This document shows positions 1-9,809 of a stretch of DNA of 64,000 nt, one piece after another. Under the pieces are notes generated by a model. The model was not told the origin of the DNA, did no database searches, and worked only from the letters and a program-made list of their open reading frames with translations. Origin of the DNA: Vulcanimicrobiota bacterium (GTDB lineage Bacteria > Vulcanimicrobiota > Vulcanimicrobiia > Vulcanimicrobiales > Vulcanimicrobiaceae); contig CAWETW010000003.1 in assembly GCA_963812155.1 (NCBI GenBank), positions 1,184,001-1,248,000 on the forward strand, written 5' to 3'. Position 1 is the stretch's first letter. Each line of letters begins with the position of its first letter. The translations under genes were made by a program, and so were the position numbers.

Positions 1-1296
1 GACGACGTACGCGCGCGCGATGCAATCGGCCGTTTGCGCGCGTGCGGCCGCGTGCTCGAGCAGGGCCGGACGAACCTCACCGATACGGTTGCGGAGTTCG
101 CGCGCATCGCATCGGAAGACGTTCGCGACGGCGATTCGCTCTACACGACGGCGCTCGACGGAATCGCCGCAGGCGCGGGCTCGCAGCGGCGGACCGAATT
201 GCGTGCGGCCGAATCGTCGGCGCTGCAGGCGCTTCACGCTTACCGTGCTTGGCTCGACGCCCAGATGCCGCATTTTCACGCCGGCGGCTTTGCGGTGGGC
301 AAGAAGCAGTACGATTGGTATCTCCGCCGCGTATTGCTGCTGCCGTTCGATAGCGACGAAGTCGCAACGATCGGGCGCCTCGAGCTGGCTCGCGATCGTG
401 CGCTCGAGGCGTGGGAAGCCAATCGCGACGCGCACGCGCCGTCCGGGTCGCGGCAGCCGTCGTTCTCGACCAAGACCCAGTTCCTGCATTACTACGAGAC
501 GTCGCTGCAACGCCTGAAGTCGTTCATTGCGCAACGCGCCGTCGTGGACGTTCCTGCGTACGTCGGGCCGTTTCACATCGTCGAGGTTCCCAAAGCGCTG
601 GCCGCAACGTACCCGGGCGGCTTCATGAATCCGCCGGCGATGTTGTCGCACGATCCGCAGGGGTTCTACTTCGTTCCGGACTTTAGCGCCGGCAACACGA
701 GTTTCTTCGTCGCGCAAGCGCGGCAATCGGTGCTCCCGATTCTCGGGCACGAGGGCATTCCCGGCCACTTCCTGCAGTTCAGCTACGCCTATCACAATCC
801 TGATTTCATCCGGCACGTGCACGACGACGGCGTCTTCGCCGAGGGCTGGGCCTTCTACGGCGAGGAGATGCTGATGCGGCAAGGGTTGTACGACGGCGAT
901 CCGGGCGCGCGTCAGCAGGTGATCCACCTCATGCGCCATCGCGCGACCCGCATCGGGGTCGACGTCGGGCTGGCCACTGGGGCGATGACCCTCCCCGAGG
1001 CAATTGCCTATTTCCAAAAGAATGCGGGAATCGATGCGGACACCGCGCGCGGCGAGGCGACGCGCTTCGCGATGAATCCCGGACAAGCGATCGATTATCT
1101 CGTCGGAAAGACGCAGATCGAAACCCTAATCGGCCTGGTTCACGATGCCCAAGGCAAAACGTTCGCATTGCGGTCGTTCCACGACCGCTTGCTCTCCTAC
1201 GGAACGGTGCCGTTTTCGACCATACGGTACGAATGGCTCGGCGACGACGAATGGCTGCGCCCGGTGACCGATCCCATCGCGCCGGAGCAGTTCTAA
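1..1296 (+). CDS. DUF885 family protein (5' partial)
   Basis: Frame is open from base 1. HEGIPGHFLQ, FAEGWAFYGE, PGQAIDY and FHDRLL motifs are typical of DUF885. Confidence 0.85.
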   Translation, partial: DDVRARDAIGRLRACGRVLEQGRTNLTDTVAEFARIASEDVRDGDSLYTTALDGIAAGAGSQRRTELRAAESSALQALHAYRAWLDAQMPHFHAGGFAVGKKQYDWYLRRVLLLPFDSDEVATIGRLELARDRALEAWEANRDAHAPSGSRQPSFSTKTQFLHYYETSLQRLKSFIAQRAVVDVPAYVGPFHIVEVPKALAATYPGGFMNPPAMLSHDPQGFYFVPDFSAGNTSFFVAQARQSVLPILGHEGIPGHFLQFSYAYHNPDFIRHVHDDGVFAEGWAFYGEEMLMRQGLYDGDPGARQQVIHLMRHRATRIGVDVGLATGAMTLPEAIAYFQKNAGIDADTARGEATRFAMNPGQAIDYLVGKTQIETLIGLVHDAQGKTFALRSFHDRLLSYGTVPFSTIRYEWLGDDEWLRPVTDPIAPEQF

Positions 1297-1314
1297 TGAA
1301 GACGGGACGCTGAC

Positions 1315-1869
1315 GTGAGTCCCCGCATCTCCGGCGGATCCCTGAACAGCCGCAAACTGCGCTCGCCCAAGGGCACGAACGTGCGGCCGACGCCGGGCCG
1401 CGTCAAAGAGTCGCTTTTCGCGATTTTGGCGGACCGGCTAAAAGGCGCGCGCGTCCTCGATTTGTTTGCCGGCACCGGAGCAATCGGCTTCGAGGCAGCT
1501 TCGCGCGGCGCCGCACGCGTCGTTTCGGTGGAATCCCATCGCGAGACGGCCACGGCGATCGGCGAAGCGGCGCGCGATCTCGGCGTCGACGACGTCGTCA
1601 CGGTCTTTCCGGCGCCGGCCGAGCGCGCGCTGTACCGGCTGGAAGGCCCGTTCGACGTCGTCTATCTCGACCCGCCGTACGCACATCCTCTGCCGATGAA
1701 CGTCTTCGCGCTGCTTGCCGAGCGGGGCTTGCTCGCGCCGGACGCTCTCGTCGTCTACGAGCACGCGGCGCGCACAATCCTTCCGGAGATACCGGGGTAT
1801 CGCTCGGTCCGCGAAGAAGTCTACGGCGATGTCGCGTTGGCATTTCTCACATTGCAATCGCCGAGTTGA
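1315..1869 (+). CDS. rsmD: 16S rRNA m2G966 methyltransferase
   Basis: VRPTPGRVKESLF, VLDLFAGTGAIGFEAASRGA and DPPY motifs; directly upstream of coaD. Confidence 0.93.
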   Translation: MSPRISGGSLNSRKLRSPKGTNVRPTPGRVKESLFAILADRLKGARVLDLFAGTGAIGFEAASRGAARVVSVESHRETATAIGEAARDLGVDDVVTVFPAPAERALYRLEGPFDVVYLDPPYAHPLPMNVFALLAERGLLAPDALVVYEHAARTILPEIPGYRSVREEVYGDVALAFLTLQSPS

Positions 1870-2387
1870 CCAACGGTAAACCGTCGCGCAGCACCCGCGC
1901 GATCTATCCCGGTTCGTTCGATCCGCCGACCTGCGGACATCTCGATGTGGTCGAGCGGGCGGCGAAGTGTTTCGGCGAACTCGTCGTCGCGATCGTCGTC
2001 AATCCGCAGAAGCGGCAGCCGATGTTTTCGCTAGACGAACGGGTCGAGATGCTCAAGGCGTGCATCGCGCCGATCGGCAACGCTCGCGTCGAGCATTTTC
2101 GCGGTCTGCTCGCCGATTACGTCAAGGCGGCGCACGCCGACGTTATCGTCAAAGGCCTGCGAGTCGTTTCCGACTTCGAAAGCGAGATGTCCGCGGCGTT
2201 GATGAACCGCTCGCTCTCCGAAGTCGACACGTTCTTCCTCATGTCGGACCAGAAATATTCGTTCGTCAGCTCGAGCCTCGTCAAGGAGGTTTTCTTCCTG
2301 GGCGGCGACGTGGCGTCGCTCGTTCCCGAACCGGTTCTCCGGCTCATGACCGTCAAACGCGCCGGGTTACTCGAAGCTCGTTCTTAA
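1866..2387 (+). CDS. coaD: Pantetheine-phosphate adenylyltransferase
   Basis: AIYPGSFDPPTCGHLD, KGLRVVSDFE and SSSLVKE motifs. Confidence 0.96.
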   Translation: MTNGKPSRSTRAIYPGSFDPPTCGHLDVVERAAKCFGELVVAIVVNPQKRQPMFSLDERVEMLKACIAPIGNARVEHFRGLLADYVKAAHADVIVKGLRVVSDFESEMSAALMNRSLSEVDTFFLMSDQKYSFVSSSLVKEVFFLGGDVASLVPEPVLRLMTVKRAGLLEARS

Positions 2388-2399
2388 ACGGAGGTATCC

Positions 2400-2966
2400 A
2401 TGTCGGTCTATCGCGTGCTGGACAAACTCGAGGCCTACGTGCACGAAGGGACGTGGCTCCCGGCGGGTTACCGGGTGCTCTCGGAGGAGCGCCTCATCGA
2501 GCTGGTGGAGAAGATCCGCGCGTCGCTGCCGGTTGAAGTCGGGCGCGCGCAGATCATTGCCAAGGATCAAGATCGCGTGCTGCGCGCCGCCCAAGAAAAG
2601 GCCCAGGCGATCGTCGACGAGGCGGCGACCAAGCACGAAGAACTGGTGGATCAAAACGAGATCGTCCAGCGGGCGCGCACGACCGCCGAAGTCGTCCTGC
2701 GCGAAGCGGAAGCGGCCGCGCGCAAAGTCCGTGACGGCGCCGACCACTACGCCGCGCAAGTCCTCACGGAAATGGAAGGCCGTCTTTCGAGCGCGCTCGG
2801 TTCGGTGAGGAAAGGGCGCGACTCGCTGACTCGTTCGCCAGGGCCCGCGAGTACGGCATCGGGCTCGGAGCCGCTTGCCGACGCCGCCGCGAAAAGCAAG
2901 CGAGCAGCGTTCGATTCGCAGTCGGCGGGCGACGAGACGGCCGCCCTTGAATCGGTCGAAGCGTAA
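2400..2966 (+). CDS. Coiled-coil protein (DivIVA/ATP synthase b-like) commonly found after coaD
   Basis: GGAGG RBS. Heptad-rich AQEKAQAIVDEA and GADHYA segments match the conserved rsmD-coaD-X neighbour of Terrabacteria. Confidence 0.7.
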   Translation: MSVYRVLDKLEAYVHEGTWLPAGYRVLSEERLIELVEKIRASLPVEVGRAQIIAKDQDRVLRAAQEKAQAIVDEAATKHEELVDQNEIVQRARTTAEVVLREAEAAARKVRDGADHYAAQVLTEMEGRLSSALGSVRKGRDSLTRSPGPASTASGSEPLADAAAKSKRAAFDSQSAGDETAALESVEA

Positions 2967-2995
2967 GGAAGCCGACATATGGGTACATTCCAGGC

Positions 2996-3412
2996 ATGAA
3001 AATCTTGGGAGCCGCGCTCGCGCTTGCGAGCCTCATCGCAATCCCGGCCTTCGCCGACGGCACGAGCGGTGGAATTTCCGGTTATGTGGTGGACATCAAG
3101 ACCGGGCAGCCGGTCGACCGGGCCCAGATCCTGTATTATCGCGCGCCTTTCATTGAGAACGCGACGACCATTCGTAAGCTGGAAACCGATCGACACGGCT
3201 ACTTTCGAGATATCACGCTCGAACCGGGCCGCTATATCGTCATGGCTCAGTTTCCGGGAAGAGTCCTGGGCTGCGCCGTCGACGACGTGCAAAACGGTGA
3301 AATTTCCCGCATTCGCATCCAACTCGGCCGCGACGCGATCGTCTGTTCCGGACCGCGCGTTCATCCAACGCTCATCGATCCGAATGCCACCGCAGATGTG
3401 TATCGCATTTAA
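2996..3412 (+). CDS. Secreted carboxypeptidase-regulatory-like domain protein
   Basis: Signal peptide; GGISGYVVD..TGQPV, TDRHGYF and LEPGRY prealbumin-like fold motifs. Confidence 0.75.
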   Translation: MKILGAALALASLIAIPAFADGTSGGISGYVVDIKTGQPVDRAQILYYRAPFIENATTIRKLETDRHGYFRDITLEPGRYIVMAQFPGRVLGCAVDDVQNGEISRIRIQLGRDAIVCSGPRVHPTLIDPNATADVYRI

Positions 3413-3427
3413 CGGAAGAGAAACCTG

Positions 3428-3841
3428 ATGCGTTTCGAATTCAACGAAACGGGAAGCTTTCACCGGATGCTCACGGTCGCCGCGTTTCTAGCGGCGGCCG
3501 TTGCGCCGTTGACCGCAGCCGCGAATCCCTCGAACGGCGGATCCGCAAATCAGTCGAACGGCGGGTCGCGACCGGCAGGAGCGGGAACGCTCATGCACTC
3601 CGGCACTGCAATTTCGACAATGCATCAGTCGCAGTGGCTGACGGCGCCTGCGCAGTGGCCGGCGGCACCGGACCGTAAGATCCATCGCGAGCGCTTCGCG
3701 CGCAACTACGACTGGACGTGGTTCAAGTCTCAGCCGCAGTGCAACTCGGCGATGTGGATGCACCCCGAGCTCGCGACGAACGTCTACGGTACAACGACGG
3801 CGAGCTGCTGGTGGCAGAACACGCCGTTATGGGTCCCCTAA
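3428..3841 (+). CDS. Hypothetical secreted protein
   Basis: Signal-like N-terminus, low-complexity linker and Trp-rich C-terminus with 2 Cys. Confidence 0.55.
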   Translation: MRFEFNETGSFHRMLTVAAFLAAAVAPLTAAANPSNGGSANQSNGGSRPAGAGTLMHSGTAISTMHQSQWLTAPAQWPAAPDRKIHRERFARNYDWTWFKSQPQCNSAMWMHPELATNVYGTTTASCWWQNTPLWVP

Positions 3842-3859
3842 AAGCGCAGGGTTTCTTTT

Positions 3860-4807
3860 CTAGACCGGCGGGGCTTGGACGTTGTGCGCGAACGCTTCGA
3901 GCCGCGCACGATCGATCGCTTTGACCCGGCCGCGATCGAGTTCGACGGCGCCGGCATTCTTCAGGCGCAATAACGCGCGCGCCGCCATATCGCGTACCGT
4001 ACCGGCTGCGGCGGCGATCTGCGCTTGCGAGAGATGCTCCACGCCGGGAAGTCCGCGCGTCATGCCGACCGACGCGCGCGCGTATCCGAGCAGAAACTTT
4101 GCGACGCGCTGCAGCACGTGTGCGAACGCCAGATCGGCGATCGTGTCGATGGACCGGCGCCGTGCCTGCGACGACGCGATGAGAAATCCGAGCGCGAGTT
4201 CGGCATCGTTGCGCGCGGCGTGGATGACGGCTTCGCTCGGCAACGTGATCACCGTGGCGTCGGTCAGGGCCTCGGCGCGCGTCGTCGCGCCGCCGCCGTC
4301 GAACGTGCCGCTTTCGTTGAGCGTGTCGTGGGTCAAGCGCTCGCCGATCGTGTGGGTCTTTCCGTCGGGCGAGAGCAGCGTGTAGATCACTTTGCCGGTC
4401 TTGACGATGCCGAGGTACGGCCACATCTCGCCCTCGTCGAAGATCGTATCGCCCGATTTGTAGGCGCGCTCGCTCATCTGCGCCGCCAACTCCTTGACGG
4501 TGTTGCCCTTGGCGGCCGTGAACTGCGCCACGTGCTCGAGGAGGGTTTCGCCGTTGGCATTCTCGTCGATGCGTTCCAGACGAATCGTCCAGCGGTTGCT
4601 GCCCAAGTTGCGGGCATCCCAGGAAAACTGGCCGGGACGCATCTGCGTCATCTCGTTGCGCAGCGCACGCGGGTCGGTCTCCTCGTTGATCTCCACGGCC
4701 GTCCCGATCTGGAGTTTGTCGAAGGCTTCCAGAATTTGATCGGTCTTGGTTGCAGGGGAGAGCGAGCGGGCATCGAGATTGACCGCGGCGGGACGGTTGA
4801 TGGGCAT
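3860..4807 (-). CDS. DUF2249-fused Crp/Fnr family transcriptional regulator
   Basis: N-terminal LDAR...FDKLQIG...DPRAL...FSW...WTIRLER (DUF2249-like), then a cNMP-binding domain (IFDEGE, IVKTGKV) and an HTH (LSQAQIAAAAGTVR). Confidence 0.8.
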   Translation of the reverse strand: MPINRPAAVNLDARSLSPATKTDQILEAFDKLQIGTAVEINEETDPRALRNEMTQMRPGQFSWDARNLGSNRWTIRLERIDENANGETLLEHVAQFTAAKGNTVKELAAQMSERAYKSGDTIFDEGEMWPYLGIVKTGKVIYTLLSPDGKTHTIGERLTHDTLNESGTFDGGGATTRAEALTDATVITLPSEAVIHAARNDAELALGFLIASSQARRRSIDTIADLAFAHVLQRVAKFLLGYARASVGMTRGLPGVEHLSQAQIAAAAGTVRDMAARALLRLKNAGAVELDRGRVKAIDRARLEAFAHNVQAPPV

Positions 4808-4859
4808 AGGCGGGCCGTTTTAGGGATGGCCTCCACAGGCGCCTGCCGAAGCCGCGCGC

Positions 4860-6070
4860 ATGAGCACGCCCCTCCACGATAGCGACGTCGTCATCGTCGC
4901 CGGCGCCCGTACCCCCTTCGGCAATCTCGGCGGGGCGCTCGCGGACCTCACCGCAACCGACTTGGCGGTCGGGCCGCTCGCAAGCCGCAATCGAGCGCAG
5001 CGGCGTTCCGAAGGAGCGCATCGACGACGTCGTCTTCGGCAACGTCATGCAGACGAGCGCCGACGCGATCTACCTCGCGCGCCACGTCGGATTGCGCGTC
5101 GGGCTGCCGATCGGCGTTCCCGCGCTGACGCTCAACCGGCTGTGCGGATCGGGTCTCCAGGCGATTCTCTCCGCAGCGCAGTCGCTCGCGCTCGGCAAGT
5201 CCACCTACGCGCTGGCCGGTGGCACTGAGAATATGAGCCAGTCGCCGCACGTCGTTCGCGGTGCGCGGCGCGGCTTTCACTTCGGCCAGAACGTTGCGTT
5301 CGAAGATTCGCTGTGGACCGCGCTGACCGATTCCTACGGCAACACGCCGATGGCCATCACCGCCGAGAATCTCGCGAAGAAATACGGCGTTACGCGCGAC
5401 GAATGCGACGCGTTCGCACTCGAGAGCCAGGAACGCGCGCTCGAGGCGCAGTCGAGCGGCTATTTCGCCGAGGAAATCGTGCCGGTCGAGGTTCCCGGTC
5501 CGAAAGGCACGACCGTGACGGTCGACAAGGACGAAGGTCCGCGGGCCGGACTCTCGATGGAAAAGCTCGGCAAACTTACCGGCACGTTTCGTCAAAGACG
5601 GCGTCGTGACGCCGGGCAACGCCAGCGGCATCACCGACGGCGCCGCCGCCGTCGTGCTGACGACGGTGAAGCAGGCCAGGGCCGACGGGGTCGCATGGAT
5701 CGGCCGGCTCTCCGGCAGCGTCGTCGGCGTCGATCCCAGCATCATGGGCATCGGTCCGGCGTTCTCGATTCCGAAAGCATTGGCACGCGCGGGCATCGCC
5801 GAAAAAGACCTCGCGGTGATGGAGATCAACGAAGCGTTCGCACCGCAAGTGCTCGCGTGTCTGCGCGAGATGGATACGCAGCCCGGCAACGGCGTGCAAT
5901 TCAATCCGCACGGCGGCGCGATTTCGCTCGGACATCCATTGGGAGCTTCGGGCGCGCGTCTGGCGATCACGACGCTGCACGATCTACGCGAGCGCGGCGG
6001 CGGTTATGGGGTGGCGTCGGCCTGCATCGGCGGCGGTCAGGGGATTGCAGCAGTCTTCATCGTCGAGTAA
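4860..6070 (+). CDS. Acetyl-CoA C-acyltransferase (thiolase), two frameshifts at about 4975 and 5580
   Basis: ARTPFG, NRLCGSG, TPGNASGITDGAA, EINEAFA, GHPLGASGAR and CIGGGQG are spread over three frames. Confidence 0.9.
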
Positions 6071-6617
6071 CGCTTCCGAAACGAAGCCGCGACGCTTTCG
6101 CTGGTCTGCGCTGTGGGACGTCGCCGCCGTTATCGTTTTGGGGTTCGCGCTTTGGAAAATCTTCATCGCGCCACGGGCGTTCGGGCCGGCCTCAAGCGCG
6201 CCGCCCGCGCCGCACGCAGTTTTTACGCGCCTCGACGGCGGTGTGTTCCGCGTCACCGACGCCCGTAATCGCCTGCTATTCCTGGACTTTTACGCGACGT
6301 GGTGCACCCCGTGCAAAGTCGAGATGCCGCTGGTGGAGGCGTGGGCGAAGGCGCATCCGCATGCGCTCGTCATTCCGGTCGACGTTTCGGAGCCGCGTGC
6401 CGCCGTTGCGACCTATGCCGCCGCGCACGGCTTGCGCGACGTCGCGATGGATCCGCAGGGCGTCTCGCAAGGCATTTTCGGCATCGACGGCTTTCCGACG
6501 GTCGTGGTCGTCGATCCGCAAGGACGCATCCGCGCGAAATGGGCCGGCCTCAATCCCGCTATCTCGCTCGCCATGACCAACGCCGAAAAATCGCTCGCGT
6601 TGCGGGCGTCGCCGTGA
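6045..6617 (+). CDS. TlpA/ResA-like membrane-anchored thiol-disulfide oxidoreductase
   Basis: TM anchor, FYATWCTPC and GFPTVVVVDPQGRIR; start uncertain (TTG 6045). Confidence 0.85.
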   Translation: MQQSSSSSNASETKPRRFRWSALWDVAAVIVLGFALWKIFIAPRAFGPASSAPPAPHAVFTRLDGGVFRVTDARNRLLFLDFYATWCTPCKVEMPLVEAWAKAHPHALVIPVDVSEPRAAVATYAAAHGLRDVAMDPQGVSQGIFGIDGFPTVVVVDPQGRIRAKWAGLNPAISLAMTNAEKSLALRASP

Positions 6618-6675
6618 GCTTAGGGCGCATCCGCGGGTTTCGACGACTTTTCAATCAAGGGTGCACGCGCGTCTC

Positions 6676-6707
6676 TTGACCACATCGGCGTCTTACTATA
6701 AAGTAAG
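6676..6707 (+). promoter_or_regulatory. Putative sigma70 promoter and operator of the abrB-vapC module
   Basis: TTGACC at 6676, 17 nt, then TAAAGT. A perfect inverted repeat CTTACT-ataa-AGTAAG (6692-6707) overlaps the -10. Confidence 0.6.
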
Positions 6708-6717
6708 GAATACATTT

Positions 6718-6972
6718 ATGGCAAGGAAAAGGGACGGCGACTCTGCCACCGTGACGAGCAAGGGGCAGATGACGTTGCCGAAGCGGGTGCGCGACCATCT
6801 TGGGATCGTGACCGGCGATCGTCTCGACGTTGCAGTTGAGGGCGAGCGAATCGTGCTGATTCCGAAGACGCTGCACCTCAGCGACATCTGTTCGATTCTG
6901 CCGGCGCCGAAGAGTGCGGCGTCGATCGACGATATGGATGAGGCAATTGCGCGGGGCGCCATCGGCGAGTGA
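6718..6972 (+). CDS. AbrB/MazE/SpoVT family antitoxin
   Basis: ATVTSKGQMTLPKRVRDHLGIVTGD motif; GTGA overlap with the PIN toxin gene. Confidence 0.9.
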   Translation: MARKRDGDSATVTSKGQMTLPKRVRDHLGIVTGDRLDVAVEGERIVLIPKTLHLSDICSILPAPKSAASIDDMDEAIARGAIGE

Positions 6973-7367
6973 TCGGAGTCGACACGAACGTCCTAATCAG
7001 ATTGCTGATCGGCGATGACGAACGTCAGCAACGGCAAGCGCACACGTATTTGCTTCGGCACAGCTCGGCGGACGATCCAGCCTGGGTCAATCGCATCGTT
7101 GCGGTTGAAACCGTGTGGGTACTCGAGCGCCGGTACGGATATGCGCGCAAACAGATAGCAGACGTTCTCGAGCGGCTGCTCAACACCGCAGAGCTCTCGT
7201 TTGAAAATCACGATCTCGTGCGCGATGCGATCGGCGCCTATCGCGAAGGTGCTGGTTTCTCCGACGCACTCATAGCGGCCGGCAATGCCGCGGCGGATTG
7301 TTCGACGACCGTTACATTCGACGCTCGTGCGGCGAAGCAAGTGCGCCGTTTTACGCTGCTGAAATAA
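6969..7367 (+). CDS. vapC: VapC/PIN domain toxin
   Basis: IGVDTNVLIR, ETVWVL, FSDALI and TFD acidic PIN motifs. Confidence 0.9.
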   Translation: MIGVDTNVLIRLLIGDDERQQRQAHTYLLRHSSADDPAWVNRIVAVETVWVLERRYGYARKQIADVLERLLNTAELSFENHDLVRDAIGAYREGAGFSDALIAAGNAAADCSTTVTFDARAAKQVRRFTLLK

Positions 7368-7380
7368 GCGCCGTTCGTCG

Positions 7381-8172
7381 TCAACGGCCTTTCCATTCGG
7401 GTTTGCGCTTTTCGAGGAAGGCGCCGGTGCCTTCTTTGATGTCCTCGGTGTCGACCAGCGTGCCGAACTCCAAGGCTTCGAGTTCGAGCGCGTCGTCGAG
7501 CGAAAGGTGCGCGCCGTTGTTGATGGCGCGTTTGCACGCCGCGATTGCAAGCGGGGCCTTCGACGCGATGGTCGCGGCAATGCGCTTGGCTTCATCCATC
7601 AGCTCCGCGAGCGGGACGACTTTCTGCACGAGGCCGATTCGCAACGCCTCTTGCGCGCCAATGACCTCGCCGGTCAAACAGAGATACATCGCCATGCCTT
7701 TGCCGACGAGCCGCGTCATGCGCTGGGAGCCGCCGTAACCCGGAATCAAGCCGAGGTTGACCTCCGGCTGCCCGAACTTCGCGTTCTCGGATGCGATGAG
7801 AATGTCGCCGGCCATCGCGATCTCGCAGCCGCCACCCAGCGCGAATCCGTTGACGGCCATGATGACCGGCTTGCGAAGGCGCTCGATCTTGCGCGTCAAC
7901 GCTTGACCGAAGCGCGCTTGATCGGCGCCGTGCCCCGCACTCGGCAGCGCGTTGAGTTCGCCGATGTCGGCACCCGCGGCGAACGCCTTCTCGCCCGCGC
8001 CGGTGATGACGATCGCTCGGACGTCGGGGTCGCCGTCGAGCTCGGTCAGCGCGCGCGAGACCTCGCTCAGCAGGTTCGAGCGCAGGGCGTTGAGCACGTT
8101 CGGGCGATTGAACGTGATGATGCCGGCCGGCGCCTCAACCGTCACCACGATGTCTTGATACGCCTCAGGCAT
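7381..8172 (-). CDS. Enoyl-CoA hydratase (crotonase)
   Basis: AFAAGADI, NGFALGGGCE and FGQPEVNLGLIPGYGGSQR motifs. Confidence 0.93.
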   Translation of the reverse strand: MPEAYQDIVVTVEAPAGIITFNRPNVLNALRSNLLSEVSRALTELDGDPDVRAIVITGAGEKAFAAGADIGELNALPSAGHGADQARFGQALTRKIERLRKPVIMAVNGFALGGGCEIAMAGDILIASENAKFGQPEVNLGLIPGYGGSQRMTRLVGKGMAMYLCLTGEVIGAQEALRIGLVQKVVPLAELMDEAKRIAATIASKAPLAIAACKRAINNGAHLSLDDALELEALEFGTLVDTEDIKEGTGAFLEKRKPEWKGR

Positions 8173-9018
8173 AGTCGTAGAATCCCTTTCCGCTCTTGCG
8201 GCCTAGCGTCCGGCCAGCACCATGCGCTTGAGCAGCGGCGGTGCGGCCATCATCGGATCCTTGAACTCGTCGAACATGATCTCGGCGATGTAATACGTCG
8301 TATCGAGACCGACGAAGTCGAGCAGTTCGAACGGACCCATCGGGTAGCCGCAGCCAAGTTTCATGCCCTTGTCGATGTCCTCTTTGCTCGCGAGTCCTTC
8401 TTCGAGCAAGCGAATCGCGTAGAGCAGGTACGGAATGAGCAGACGGTTGACGATGAATCCGGGCGTGTCTTGTGCCAGGACCGGTTCCTTGCCGAGTTTC
8501 TTGGCGAAAGCGAAGAGCGCGTCCACGGTCTCTTGCGACGTCGCGATCGTCTTCACGACTTCGACGAGTTTCATGATCGGCACGGGGTTGAAGAAGTGCA
8601 GGCCGGCGATCTGGTTCGGCCGTTTGGTCTTCGCGGCCAGCTCGATGACGCAGAGGCTCGACGTGTTCGTGCAGATGATCGCGTGCGGCGCGAGCATGTC
8701 GTCGAGTCGCGCGAAGAGCTCCGTCTTGACGTCGACGTTTTCGACGATCGCCTCGATGACGAGGTCGCAGTCTTTGAGTCCGGCGACGTCGGTCGTCGCG
8801 GCGATTCGCGCAAACGTCGCGTCGCGATCGGCGGGCGTCAGCTTGCCTTTTTCGACGAATTTGTCGAGCGAGGCGCGGATCGATCTCATGCCGCGATCGA
8901 GCGGCTCCTGCGCTACCTCGAGCACTATGACGTCGAATCCCGCAGTCGCGCAGGTCTGTGCGATGCCGTTTCCCATCAAGCCGGCGCCGCAGACGCCGAC
9001 GCTGCGGATGTCAGCCAC
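8165..9018 (-). CDS. hbd: 3-hydroxybutyryl-CoA dehydrogenase (1-nt frameshift near 8207)
   Basis: GAGLMGNGIA, EAIVEN, HFFNPVP, GFIVNR and PMGP motifs. The shifted frame restores the canonical end LGRKSGKGFYDYA* at 8165. GGAGG RBS before GTG 9018. Confidence 0.9.
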
Positions 9019-9173
9019 GAACGTTCCTCCTAGCTTCAAGAGAAGTCGATTCCGGTTACCTTATGGTTAGGTAAAGAGCGCAGGTCCATTCGTTGCGTTG
9101 CGGTGAAGGGACCTTTGCCCTATACTAGGACATTGTTCCGGGGGGCGCAGCGTTTGGAGGAATAGGACAGGAA

Positions 9174-9809
9174 TTGCGGATCGCATATCACGAGGCACTC
9201 GAAAGCACGCGGCTCGACGTCGTTCGACTCGGCGCGCTCGTCGGCGACGCGATTCGCGTCGCGGTCGACGCGCTCAACGGACGCGACGCCGCGGCCGGCG
9301 CTCGCGTCGTCGCCGGCGACGATGCGATCGACGATCTGCGCCGGCGCATCGAAGCGCACTGTATCGAACTGATCTGGCGTCAGCAGCCGGTGGCGGGCGA
9401 GTTGCGCGAAATCGCGGCGATGCTCGAAATAGCGACCGACCTGGAACGCATCGGCGACTATGCGGTCGACATCTCCAAGAACGCGATCAAACTCTCCGAT
9501 CAGGCAATGCGCCCGCAAAAGGTCGAAATCGATCGCATCGCCTCGGTCGCCCACGCAATGCTCCTCGATGCGATGCGCGCCTACACCGAGCGCAATGCCG
9601 CGCTGGCAAGCGACGTGATCGACCGCGACGATCAGGTCGACAAACTCTATAAGCGCAGCATCAAGCTGCTGCAGGAGGAGATGCGCGGCGATCCGGACAT
9701 CGTGCGCCCCGGAACGCGCTACCTCTTCGTGCTCGCGTCGATCGAGCGCGTCGGCGACCGCGCGGGCAACATCGCGTGGCACACGAAGGACATGATCGGC
9801 ACCGAGTGA
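9174..9809 (+). CDS. phoU: Phosphate signalling protein PhoU
   Basis: QQPVAGELR, DLERIGDYAVDI, DDQVD and IERVGDRAGNIA motifs. Confidence 0.93.
   Translation: MRIAYHEALESTRLDVVRLGALVGDAIRVAVDALNGRDAAAGARVVAGDDAIDDLRRRIEAHCIELIWRQQPVAGELREIAAMLEIATDLERIGDYAVDISKNAIKLSDQAMRPQKVEIDRIASVAHAMLLDAMRAYTERNAALASDVIDRDDQVDKLYKRSIKLLQEEMRGDPDIVRPGTRYLFVLASIERVGDRAGNIAWHTKDMIGTE

Noticed and set aside
4860..6070. Programmed frameshifting or true pseudogenes in thiolase, hbd, moaA, dxr, rseP and ispG
   Set aside because: No slippery sites seen, motifs are intact and indels are clustered; assembly error is more parsimonious.
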